Shown piece by piece: positions 17,923 through 27,324 of a DNA stretch of 32,000 bases. How positions within the stretch are numbered: position 1 is the stretch's first letter; each line of letters opens with the position of its first letter. The position numbers and the translations under genes are program-made. Below the pieces are notes generated by a model that saw only the letters and a program-made list of their open reading frames with translations, was not told the origin of the DNA and searched no databases. Source of the DNA: Candidatus Portiera aleyrodidarum (GTDB lineage Bacteria > Pseudomonadota > Gammaproteobacteria > Johnevansiales > Johnevansiaceae); assembly GCF_000953295.1 (NCBI RefSeq), contig NZ_LN649255.1, positions 210,001 to 242,000 of the forward strand, given 5' to 3'.

Positions 17923-17996
17923 TAGGACTAAGCGGGGTTGAACCACTAACCTCCACGATGTTAACGTGGTGCTCTAACCAATTGAGCTACAGTCCT
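17923..17996 (-). tRNA. tRNA-Val, anticodon read as AAC (A at position 34)
   Basis: The minus strand reads AGGACTG TA GCTC AATTGGTTA GAGC A CCACG TTAACAT CGTGG AGGTT AGTGG TTCAACC CCGCT TAGTCCT A. The body resembles E. coli tRNA-Val(GAC) (GAGCACCACC-UUGACAU-GGUGG) but has A in place of G34. Discriminator is A73. The 5' 36 nt overlap the 3' end of apbC. Confidence 0.8.
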
Positions 17997-18725
17997 TTCG
18001 AGAATAGTTGTTATATAATTAAATAATTTACTAATTTTTGAGTTTGGTTTTGATATTAATATAGGAGATTTATCACAAATATATTTATGTAAAGGTAAAC
18101 ACCCTAGTTTTTTAATTTTATATTTTTTTAAAATTTTAATATATTTATTATAAAATATTGATTTAGAATATCCACAAAATGTACATGTAAAAGAACTCAT
18201 ATTTTCTATTAAACCAATTATAGGTATTTTTATTTTCTTAAACATATTTATTGCTTTAAATGCACCTAATAATGATATTTCTTGAGGGGTTGTTATAATT
18301 ATTACTCCAGATAATTTAATATTATTTAATAATGTTAATGAAAGATCTGCAGTTCCAGGCGGCATATCTATAAATAAATAATCTAAAGTTCCCCAATTAG
18401 TATTTTTAAATAAATTTAATAAAAATTTAGATATAATTGGTCCACGCCAAATAATAGCTTTTGTTTGTTTTTTTACTATAAAACCCATTGACATTACTTT
18501 AAGTCCATAATAAGGAATAGGTTGTATTAAAAGGTTATTATTAATAAATATATTTTTTTTTATGCCCAAAATTTTAGCTTGACTAGATCCAGAAATATCT
18601 GCATCTAATAAACCTACTTTATATCCTTTTATATTCATAGCTAAAGCCAAATTAGTAGTTAGAGTTGATTTACCTACCCCACCTTTAACAGAAGATAGAG
18701 CAATAATATATTTTATATTAAACAT
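17961..18725 (-). CDS. apbC: Fe-S cluster carrier ATPase, Mrp/ApbC/NBP35 family
   Basis: 254 aa with the deviant Walker A SVKGGVGKSTLTTNLA, LLDADI.G.S, DYLFIDMPPGT and a CTFCG (CxxC) motif. It is divergent from metG, as in E. coli. The last 12 codons (..RTVAQLVRAPR) are read from tRNA-Val sequence. Confidence 0.88.
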   Translation of the reverse strand: MFNIKYIIALSSVKGGVGKSTLTTNLALAMNIKGYKVGLLDADISGSSQAKILGIKKNIFINNNLLIQPIPYYGLKVMSMGFIVKKQTKAIIWRGPIISKFLLNLFKNTNWGTLDYLFIDMPPGTADLSLTLLNNIKLSGVIIITTPQEISLLGAFKAINMFKKIKIPIIGLIENMSSFTCTFCGYSKSIFYNKYIKILKKYKIKKLGCLPLHKYICDKSPILISKPNSKISKLFNYITTILERTVAQLVRAPR

Positions 18726-18793
18726 TAATTAAATCCTTAATTTTCTTATTTATTTGATTTAATTAATAATATCATGTTATAAATAAGAATATT

Positions 18794-20482
18794 ATGTCAC
18801 GTAAAATTTTAGTAACTTGTGCTATGCCTTATGCTAATGGTGATCTTCATTTAGGTCATATGTTAGAATATATACAAACAGATATATGGGTTCGTTTTCA
18901 AAAAACTTTAGGAAATAAATGTTATTTTATATGTTCTGATGATTCACATGGGACTGCTATTATGTTACATGCAAAAAAAAAAAATATAAAACCAAAAGAA
19001 TTAATTTACCATATAAAAAAAAAACATATATATGATTTAAAAAAATTTAAAATTGATTTTGATATTTATTCTTGCACCCATACTAAAATTAATAAAATTA
19101 ATGTAGAAAAAATTTATAAAATATTAACTTATAAAGGATTTATTTATTGTAAAAAAATAAAACAATTATTTGATCCTATAAAAAAAATATTTTTATCTGA
19201 TAGATTAATATTAGGTAATTGTCCTAAATGTAATGCAAATAAACAATATGGAGATATGTGTGAATTTTGTGGAATAACATATAAACCTTTTGATTTAATT
19301 AATCCTATTTCAGTTTTAACAGGAATAAAACCTATAAAAAAATATTCAAATCATTATTTTTTTAAATTACCTTATTTTACAAAGTTTTTAAATAAATGGA
19401 TTAATAATTCAGGTGTGGTAAAAAATATGATTTATAACCAATTAAAAAGTTGGTTTAAAGTAGGACTTATAGAATGGGATATTTCACGGGATTCACCCTA
19501 TTTCGGTTTTAAAATTCCTAATCTTAAGAAACTTAAATTTTTTTATGTATGGATAGATGCTACAATCGGTTATTTATCAACGGTTCAAGAATTATGTTAT
19601 AAAAAAAGATTAGATTTTAATGAAATTTGGAATATAAAATCAAAATATGAAATTTATCATTTTATAGGTAAAGATATAATTTATTTTCATACATTATTTT
19701 GGCCAACTATTCTAAAAACAATGAATTTAAAACTACCTACTAAAATTAATTGTCATGGTTTTGTCACAATTAATGATAAAAAAATGTCTAAATCTAAAGG
19801 AACTTTTATTAAAGCTAAATTTTATGAAAAATTTATTGAACCTGAATATTTACGTTATTATTTTTCATCAAAAATTAATTCAAATATAGAAGATATAGAT
19901 ATTAATTTTAAAGATTTTTTTTATAAAATAAATTCTGATTTAATTGGTAAAATAATTAATATTGCAAGTCGATGTTATAAATTAATAAATAAATATAATA
20001 AAAATTATTTATCTAAAAATATTGAAAATAAAATCTTAATAAAATCTTTTATTAATATTGGTGATAAAATCTATTTTAATTATGAAAAACTTGACTTTTA
20101 TAAAGTTGTAAAAAAAATTTTAAATTTAGCAAATCAAACTAATTCTTATATTACAAAAAAATCACCCTGGTCCTTAAACGAAAAAAAAAAACAATATATA
20201 ATTGAGGTATGTTCTATGGGTTTAAATTTATTTCGTCAACTAATAATTTATTTATCTCCAATATTACCTAAATTAGCTATAAAAGTAAAAAATTTTCTTA
20301 ATTTAAAAACTTTAAATTGGAAAAGTCGTAAAAAACTTTTAATAAATCATAAAATAAAAAAATTTAACCCGCTCTTAAATCGAATTGAAAAAATACCCGA
20401 AGCCGGATTTGAACCAGCACGCCAAAAAAAGGCGGGGGATTTTAAGTCCCCTGCGTCTACCAATTCCGCCATTCGGGCTTGA
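18794..20482 (+). CDS. metG: Methionyl-tRNA synthetase (core enzyme, no C-terminal dimerisation/tRNA-binding domain)
   Basis: 562 aa with a HIGH-type motif (PYANGDLHLGHMLEYIQTD), a zinc knuckle (CPKC....YGDMCEFCG), WDISRD.PYFGF and KMSKSKGTF. The final ~29 aa (PEAGFEPARQKKAGDFKSPASTNSAIRA) are the antisense reading of tRNA-Leu. Confidence 0.93.
   Translation: MSRKILVTCAMPYANGDLHLGHMLEYIQTDIWVRFQKTLGNKCYFICSDDSHGTAIMLHAKKKNIKPKELIYHIKKKHIYDLKKFKIDFDIYSCTHTKINKINVEKIYKILTYKGFIYCKKIKQLFDPIKKIFLSDRLILGNCPKCNANKQYGDMCEFCGITYKPFDLINPISVLTGIKPIKKYSNHYFFKLPYFTKFLNKWINNSGVVKNMIYNQLKSWFKVGLIEWDISRDSPYFGFKIPNLKKLKFFYVWIDATIGYLSTVQELCYKKRLDFNEIWNIKSKYEIYHFIGKDIIYFHTLFWPTILKTMNLKLPTKINCHGFVTINDKKMSKSKGTFIKAKFYEKFIEPEYLRYYFSSKINSNIEDIDINFKDFFYKINSDLIGKIINIASRCYKLINKYNKNYLSKNIENKILIKSFINIGDKIYFNYEKLDFYKVVKKILNLANQTNSYITKKSPWSLNEKKKQYIIEVCSMGLNLFRQLIIYLSPILPKLAIKVKNFLNLKTLNWKSRKKLLINHKIKKFNPLLNRIEKIPEAGFEPARQKKAGDFKSPASTNSAIRA
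20394..20478 (-). tRNA. tRNA-Leu (anticodon TAA), class II with long variable arm
   Basis: The minus strand reads GCCCGAA TG GCGGAATTGGTAGACGC A GGGGA CTTAAAA TCCCC CGCC-TTTTTTT-GGCG T GCTGG TTCAAAT CCGGC TTCGGGT A. It lies entirely inside the metG ORF on the opposite strand. Confidence 0.92.
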
Positions 20483-20552
20483 GGCTGGAAACGGAATTGA
20501 ACCGTTTTACGCGGATTTGCAATCCGATGCATAGCCAATCTGCCATCCAGCC
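20482..20552 (-). tRNA. tRNA-Cys (anticodon GCA)
   Basis: The minus strand reads GGCTGGA TG GCAGATTGGCTATGC A TCGGA TTGCAAA TCCGC GTAA AACGG TTCAATT CCGTT TCCAGCC T. It has the U73 discriminator typical of tRNA-Cys. Only 3 nt separate it from tRNA-Leu. Confidence 0.88.
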
Positions 20553-20603
20553 AAACTCAAAGAATAAGAGTATAAATAAATAATATAATATTATATTATA
20601 AAA

Positions 20604-20675
20604 GGGGCTTTAGCTCAATGGTAGAGCGCAACGCTGGCAGTGTTAAGGTTATCGGTTCGAGCCCGATAAGCTCCA
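20604..20675 (+). tRNA. tRNA-Ala (anticodon GGC)
   Basis: GGGGCTT TA GCTC AATGGTA GAGC G CAACG CTGGCAG TGTTA AGGTT ATCGG TTCGAGC CCGAT AAGCTCC A. The G3:U70 alanine identity pair is present. The anticodon stem is weak (C27/A43 mismatch). Confidence 0.88.
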
Positions 20676-20703
20676 GATATAAAAATCTAAATTAAAAGTA
20701 AAT

Positions 20704-21021
20704 ATGAAGAATAAAACTATAGAAATAATAAAAAAACAAATAAAAAATAATAAAATCATATTATATATGAAAGGAACACCAAGTTTTCCAAAATGTGGTT
20801 TTTCAGCACAAGCTGTTAAATTTTTAGTAAAATACTTAAAAAACTTTACGTTCGTAAATGTTTTAGAAAATTTTAATATTAGATATGAATTACCAAAATT
20901 TTCTAATTGGCCTACATTTCCACAACTTTGGGTTAATTCTAAATTTATAGGAGGTAGTGATATTATGGCTGAAATGTATAAAAATGGTGAATTAAAAAAA
21001 TTAATTAAAAATTTTAAATAG
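20704..21021 (+). CDS. grxD: Monothiol glutaredoxin (Grx4 type)
   Basis: 105 aa with the CGFS active site ([13 protein letters not shown]), [10 protein letters not shown] and IGGSDI. Confidence 0.93.
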   Translation: MKNKTIEIIKKQIKNNKIILYMKGTPSFPKCGFSAQAVKFLVKYLKNFTFVNVLENFNIRYELPKFSNWPTFPQLWVNSKFIGGSDIMAEMYKNGELKKLIKNFK

Positions 21022-21038
21022 CTAAGGAAATTTTAATA

Positions 21039-22256
21039 ATGTCTAAAAAAGTTATTCTTGCTTTTTCGGGTGGATTAGATACTTCTGCTATTGTTAAATG
21101 GTTACAAGATACATATGGTTATGAAGTAATTACTTATACTGCTGATTTAGGACAAGAAAAAAAAGATATTAAATCTGCTTATAATAAAGCAAAATTCTTA
21201 GGAATAAAAAAAATTTATATAGAAGATTTACGAGAAATTTTTGTAAAAAATTATATTTTTCCTATGTTTAGAGCTAATACGATTTATGAAGTGGGATATC
21301 TTTTAGGCACTTCAATAGCACGCCCTTTAATTATTAAAAGGTTATTAGAAATAGCTAAAATAAATAATTCAAATATTATATCACATGGATCTACAGGAAA
21401 AGGTAATGACCAACTCAGATTTGAATTAGGTGCTTATTCATTAAATCCATATATAAAGATAATTGCCCCTTGGCGTGAATGGAATTTAGATTCCCGTAAA
21501 AAAATTATAAAATATTGTAAAAAAAATAATATAATGATTGATTATTTTAAAAAAAATAAATCTTTATATTCTATGGATAATAATTTATTACATATTTCTT
21601 ATGAAGGAGGTTTATTAGAAGATACTTGGGGTGAACCAGAAACTAATATGTGGAGATGGAGTAAGAATTTAAATATTACTCCAGATAAAGAAACTGTTAT
21701 TGATATAACTTTCCAAAACGGGGATCCAATAGCAATTAATAATGAATATTTTAAACCACATGAATTAATAATAAAATTAAACAAATTAGGAAGTAAACAT
21801 GGGATTGGTAGAATTGATATGGTGGAAAATAGATATCTAGGCATAAAATCGAGAGGGTGTTATGAAACACCTGGTGGTACCATATTATATAATGCACATA
21901 AAGCAATAGAATCTATAACTTTAGATCATGAATCTATTAAATTAAAAGATATTTTAATGCCGATCTATGCTGAAATAATTTATAATGGATATTGGTGGAC
22001 CCTAGAAAGAAAAATGTTACAATCTTTAATTGATACTTCTCAAAAATATGTTAATGGAATAGTTAGATTAAAATTATATAAAGGTAATGTAATTATAATA
22101 GGTAGAAAATCTGATCAATCTTTATTTAATTCATCTTATGCTACATTTGAAGAAGATAAAGGTATATATAATCAAAAAGATGCAGAAAGTTTTATAAAAT
22201 TAAAATCTATACGGTTAAAAATAGCATCAATTAAACAAAAAATTAAATGGAGTTAA
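21039..22256 (+). CDS. argG: Argininosuccinate synthase
   Basis: 405 aa with [12 protein letters not shown] (PP-loop), [21 protein letters not shown] and MVENR..GIKSRG.YETPGGT. AAGGA lies upstream of the ATG. Confidence 0.95.
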   Translation: MSKKVILAFSGGLDTSAIVKWLQDTYGYEVITYTADLGQEKKDIKSAYNKAKFLGIKKIYIEDLREIFVKNYIFPMFRANTIYEVGYLLGTSIARPLIIKRLLEIAKINNSNIISHGSTGKGNDQLRFELGAYSLNPYIKIIAPWREWNLDSRKKIIKYCKKNNIMIDYFKKNKSLYSMDNNLLHISYEGGLLEDTWGEPETNMWRWSKNLNITPDKETVIDITFQNGDPIAINNEYFKPHELIIKLNKLGSKHGIGRIDMVENRYLGIKSRGCYETPGGTILYNAHKAIESITLDHESIKLKDILMPIYAEIIYNGYWWTLERKMLQSLIDTSQKYVNGIVRLKLYKGNVIIIGRKSDQSLFNSSYATFEEDKGIYNQKDAESFIKLKSIRLKIASIKQKIKWS

Positions 22257-22266
22257 TTTTTTTATA

Positions 22267-22295
22267 CTTGAAATTAAATTATTTATCCACAATAA
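22267..22295 (+). promoter_or_regulatory. Candidate sigma32-type heat-shock promoter for groES-groEL
   Basis: CTTGAAA (22267-22273), a 13-nt spacer, then CCACAATAA (22287-22295). The E. coli consensus is CTTGAAA-N13/14-CCCCATNT. It lies 52 nt upstream of the groES ATG. A perfect TATAAT (22307-22312) follows and could be a housekeeping -10 box. This is a motif-level call only. Confidence 0.45.
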
Positions 22296-22346
22296 CTAAA
22301 AAAAAGTATAATTTTTAATTTATTTTGTAATTCAGGAGAACGGAAA

Positions 22347-24334
<1,988 letters not shown>

Positions 24335-24344
24335 AGAAAAATAT

Positions 24345-24376
24345 ACCCGTTATTTAATTTTTCTTAAATAACGGGT
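24345..24376. terminator. Hairpin terminator between convergent groEL and rpsA (potentially bidirectional)
   Basis: A perfect 13-bp inverted repeat: ACCCGTTATTTAA (24345-24357), loop TTTTTC, TTAAATAACGGGT (24364-24376). On the minus strand it is followed by ATATTTTTCT. On the plus strand the T-run is weaker (TAGTTTATAATTT). Confidence 0.6.
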
Positions 24377-24380
24377 TAGT

Positions 24381-25895
24381 TTATAATTTATCAGATAATG
24401 TTATTTTTCTATTTTTTCTATCAATATTAATAATATATGCAGAAATCTTATCACCAATTAGATAGCCGTTATTATTAATATTAGCAATAACATTATTATT
24501 TAATTTTACTAGTGTTTCATTTTCATTAATTTCTATAATTTCTCCATTTACTAAAGATCCTTTATAAAAAACTGTCAGAGGATCTTGTTTTAGATGTTTA
24601 ATACTTAAAGAAATACGTTCCCTCTCAGGATCAATAGATAAAATTAAGGTTGAAATTATATCACCTTTCCTATATTTACTACGGATTACTTTATCATCTA
24701 TTTCATTCCACGAAATATCTGATACATGAACTAAACCATCAATTCCTCCCTTCAAACCTACAAAAATCCCAAAATCTGTAATGGATTTTACTAGCCCTTC
24801 AACCCGATCATTTTTTTTGTATTTTAAACTAAACGTTTCCCATGGATTTAATTTACATTGTTTTAGACCTAATGATATTCTTCTTCTTAATTCATCTATT
24901 TCTAGAATCATAACTTCTACTATTTCACCGATATTTACTAATTTAGATGGATTAATATTTTTATTAGTCCAATCTAACTCAGAAACATGAACTAAACCTT
25001 CTATTCCATCTTCTATTTCTGCAAAACATCCATAATCAGTAATATTAGTAATACGTGCTTTTACTTTTTTGCCTACTGGATAACGTTCTTTTATATTTTT
25101 CCAAGGATCTTCACTTAGTTGTTTAAGGCCTAAAGAAACACGATTGCGTGCCCGATCAAATTTTAAGATTTTTACTTCAATTTCATCACCTAAAGAAACT
25201 ATTTCAGAAGGATGTTTAACACGTTTCCAAGCCATGTCTGTAATATGAAGTAAGCCATCAATCCCACCTAAATCTATAAATGCACCATAATCTGTTAAAT
25301 TTTTTACTATACCTTTAATAGATTTATCTTCATGAATTTTTTTATTTAATATTTCTTTTTCATTACCTATTTCTAATACAGCTCTTCTCGATACAACAAC
25401 ATTATTTCTTTTTTTATCTAATTTTATTAATTTAAAATCAATATATTTTTTTTCTAAATGTAATATATCTCTGACAGTCCGAATATCAACTAATGAACCT
25501 GGTAAAAAAGCACGTATTGAATTAATTTCTACAGTAAAACCACCTTTTACTTTACCAATAATTATTCCTTTAACTCTTTCATTATTATTAAAAGCTTTTT
25601 CTAAATTTTTCCAATTTTCTAATCTTTTTGCTTTTTCACGAGATAACCTTGTCTCTCCAAAACCATCTTCTATTGCTTCTATTACTACATTAATCTTATC
25701 ACCTATTTTAACGCACACTTCATCTTTATCATTTTTAAATTGATCAATATTTATTTTTCCTTCTGATTTTAAACCTGCATTAACTTTTATCCAATCTTTA
25801 TCTATATTAATTATAGTTGCTTTAATTATAGATCCTGGTTTAAGATTTATATTATTTAGTGATTTTTCATATAACTCAGCAAAGCTTTCGCTCAT
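24381..25895 (-). CDS. rpsA: 30S ribosomal protein S1
   Basis: 504 aa. The N-terminus is [13 protein letters not shown]. Repeated S1 (OB-fold) domains show recurring G.V......GAF.D.GG.DGL.H.S motifs. AGGA lies upstream of the ATG. Confidence 0.96.
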   Translation of the reverse strand: MSESFAELYEKSLNNINLKPGSIIKATIINIDKDWIKVNAGLKSEGKINIDQFKNDKDEVCVKIGDKINVVIEAIEDGFGETRLSREKAKRLENWKNLEKAFNNNERVKGIIIGKVKGGFTVEINSIRAFLPGSLVDIRTVRDILHLEKKYIDFKLIKLDKKRNNVVVSRRAVLEIGNEKEILNKKIHEDKSIKGIVKNLTDYGAFIDLGGIDGLLHITDMAWKRVKHPSEIVSLGDEIEVKILKFDRARNRVSLGLKQLSEDPWKNIKERYPVGKKVKARITNITDYGCFAEIEDGIEGLVHVSELDWTNKNINPSKLVNIGEIVEVMILEIDELRRRISLGLKQCKLNPWETFSLKYKKNDRVEGLVKSITDFGIFVGLKGGIDGLVHVSDISWNEIDDKVIRSKYRKGDIISTLILSIDPERERISLSIKHLKQDPLTVFYKGSLVNGEIIEINENETLVKLNNNVIANINNNGYLIGDKISAYIINIDRKNRKITLSDKL

Positions 25896-26004
25896 AATAA
25901 TCCTACATAATTAACTTTTTAATAATTCCGTACTATAATATAAAAGCACGACCCATATATTAATATTAATTTATTTTATTTATTTAAGCTACTATATATT
26001 ACTA

Positions 26005-27324
26005 CTAAATTTTTACTTCTTTTATTTTTATACCTATATTATTTGATAGTTCTTTAAAATTAGGAAAGGAAGTAGATACATTTATACAATCATCAATAAC
26101 TATTTCATCACTAGCTTTTAATGCTGCTATTGTGAAAGACATAGCTACACGATGATCCCCGAAACTATTAATATAACCTCCTTTATAATTTTTTGTTCCA
26201 ATTATATCTATTCCATCTTCATATACTTTATTTTTTACCCCAATACAAGTAAAACCTTTAGCCATTGAAATAATTCTATCAGATTCTTTTACTCTTAATT
26301 CTGAAGCCCCACGTAATCTAGTTATTCCTTCTGCATTAGCAGCAGCAACTAACAAAATTGGTAATTCATCAATAGCTAATGGTACTTGATCTTTAGGAAT
26401 ATCAATTCCTTTTAGATTTGTATATTTTACACGAATATCTGCTACTGGTTCATTACACCAATTAGTTTCATTTAATAATTTAATATCTGCTCCCATATAC
26501 CGTAAAATATTAATTACTCCAATCCGTGTAGGATTTATTCCAACTTTTTCTAATAATAATTCTGAATTAGGTATAATTGAAGCTGCTACTAAAAAAAAAG
26601 CAGCGGAAGAAATATCAGATGGTATCTTAATATTAGTAGCTTGTAAATTATACCCGCCAATTAAAGATATAGTACTATTTTTAGTTTTGATTTTATAACC
26701 AAAATTTTTTAACATCCGTTCTGTATGATCTCTTGTACAACCTTTTTCAATTATTTTAGTTTCACCTTTTGCATAAATTCCAGCTAACAATAAACATGAT
26801 TTTACTTGAGCACTAGCTATTGGCATAATATATTTTATTCCTTGGAGCCTTTTACCAATTATTTTAAGTGGAGGTCTACCATTTTTATAAGTTTTTATTT
26901 TTGCTCCCATTAATCTTAATGGGATTGCAACTCTATTCATAGGCCTACTCGAAAGAGATTTATCTCCTGTAATTTGAGTCTTAAACTTTTGTCCTGATAA
27001 TAATCCTGCTAACAATCTCATACTAGTTCCGGAGTTACCTAACTTTAATTTGTTTTTTGGATTTTTTAATCCATATATTCCAACCCCTTTAATACATAAT
27101 TTTTTATTTTTAGGCCCAAAAATCGAAACTCCCATATCTTTAAATGCTTTTAAAGTAGCTAAACTATCATATCCTTCTAAAAAACCTTTAATATTAGTAA
27201 TTCCATTTGACAAAGATCCAAACATAACTGCCCGATGTGATATCGATTTATCACCTGGTACTTTAATTCTACCTTTAATTGGTTTAATAACTTTTTTTAC
27301 TATATATTTAACATTATTCTTCAT
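26005..27324 (-). CDS. aroA: 3-phosphoshikimate 1-carboxyvinyltransferase (EPSP synthase), monofunctional
   Basis: 439 aa with PGDKSISHRA.MFGSL, LGNSGTSMRLL.G, LRVKESDRI and FGDHRVAMSF. There is no fused prephenate dehydrogenase domain. Confidence 0.95.
   Translation of the reverse strand: MKNNVKYIVKKVIKPIKGRIKVPGDKSISHRAVMFGSLSNGITNIKGFLEGYDSLATLKAFKDMGVSIFGPKNKKLCIKGVGIYGLKNPKNKLKLGNSGTSMRLLAGLLSGQKFKTQITGDKSLSSRPMNRVAIPLRLMGAKIKTYKNGRPPLKIIGKRLQGIKYIMPIASAQVKSCLLLAGIYAKGETKIIEKGCTRDHTERMLKNFGYKIKTKNSTISLIGGYNLQATNIKIPSDISSAAFFLVAASIIPNSELLLEKVGINPTRIGVINILRYMGADIKLLNETNWCNEPVADIRVKYTNLKGIDIPKDQVPLAIDELPILLVAAANAEGITRLRGASELRVKESDRIISMAKGFTCIGVKNKVYEDGIDIIGTKNYKGGYINSFGDHRVAMSFTIAALKASDEIVIDDCINVSTSFPNFKELSNNIGIKIKEVKI

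Noticed and set aside
18757-18785. TTGATT-N17-TTATAA(A) in the apbC/metG divergent spacer, a possible sigma70 promoter for metG.
   Set aside because: The geometry is plausible, but near-consensus -35 and -10 hexamers occur everywhere in sequence this AT-rich. There is no independent support.
20347-20538. A 63-aa minus-strand ORF spanning the metG 3' end.
   Set aside because: It is simply a reading frame through the tRNA-Cys and tRNA-Leu genes. GC-rich tRNA sequence lacks stop codons.
20581-20598. A perfect 18-bp AT-only palindrome, TAATATAATATTATATTA, between the divergent tRNA-Cys/Leu and tRNA-Ala genes. It contains TATAAT on both strands and could be a bidirectional promoter core.
   Set aside because: AT-only palindromes and TATAAT hexamers are expected by chance at this base composition. 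The spacing to the mature tRNA ends is not diagnostic, so it is not reported as a feature.
21599-21844. An 81-aa ORF antisense within argG. Similar antisense ORFs occur at 24781..24990 (rpsA), 27050..27346 (aroA) and 31672..31944 (secA).
   Set aside because: All lie opposite the better-conserved, less AT-rich parts of strongly supported genes. None has a motif or start context of its own.
25946-25955. GCACGACCCA in the rpsA-aroA spacer matches the 3' acceptor end of tRNA-Lys (CACGACCCA), and AATTCCGTAC upstream faintly resembles a T arm. It could be a tRNA remnant where cmk once lay.
   Set aside because: The match is only 9-10 nt. No D arm or anticodon arm can be folded, and a 14-nt AT insertion would be needed. 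This is too weak to call without a covariance or alignment test.
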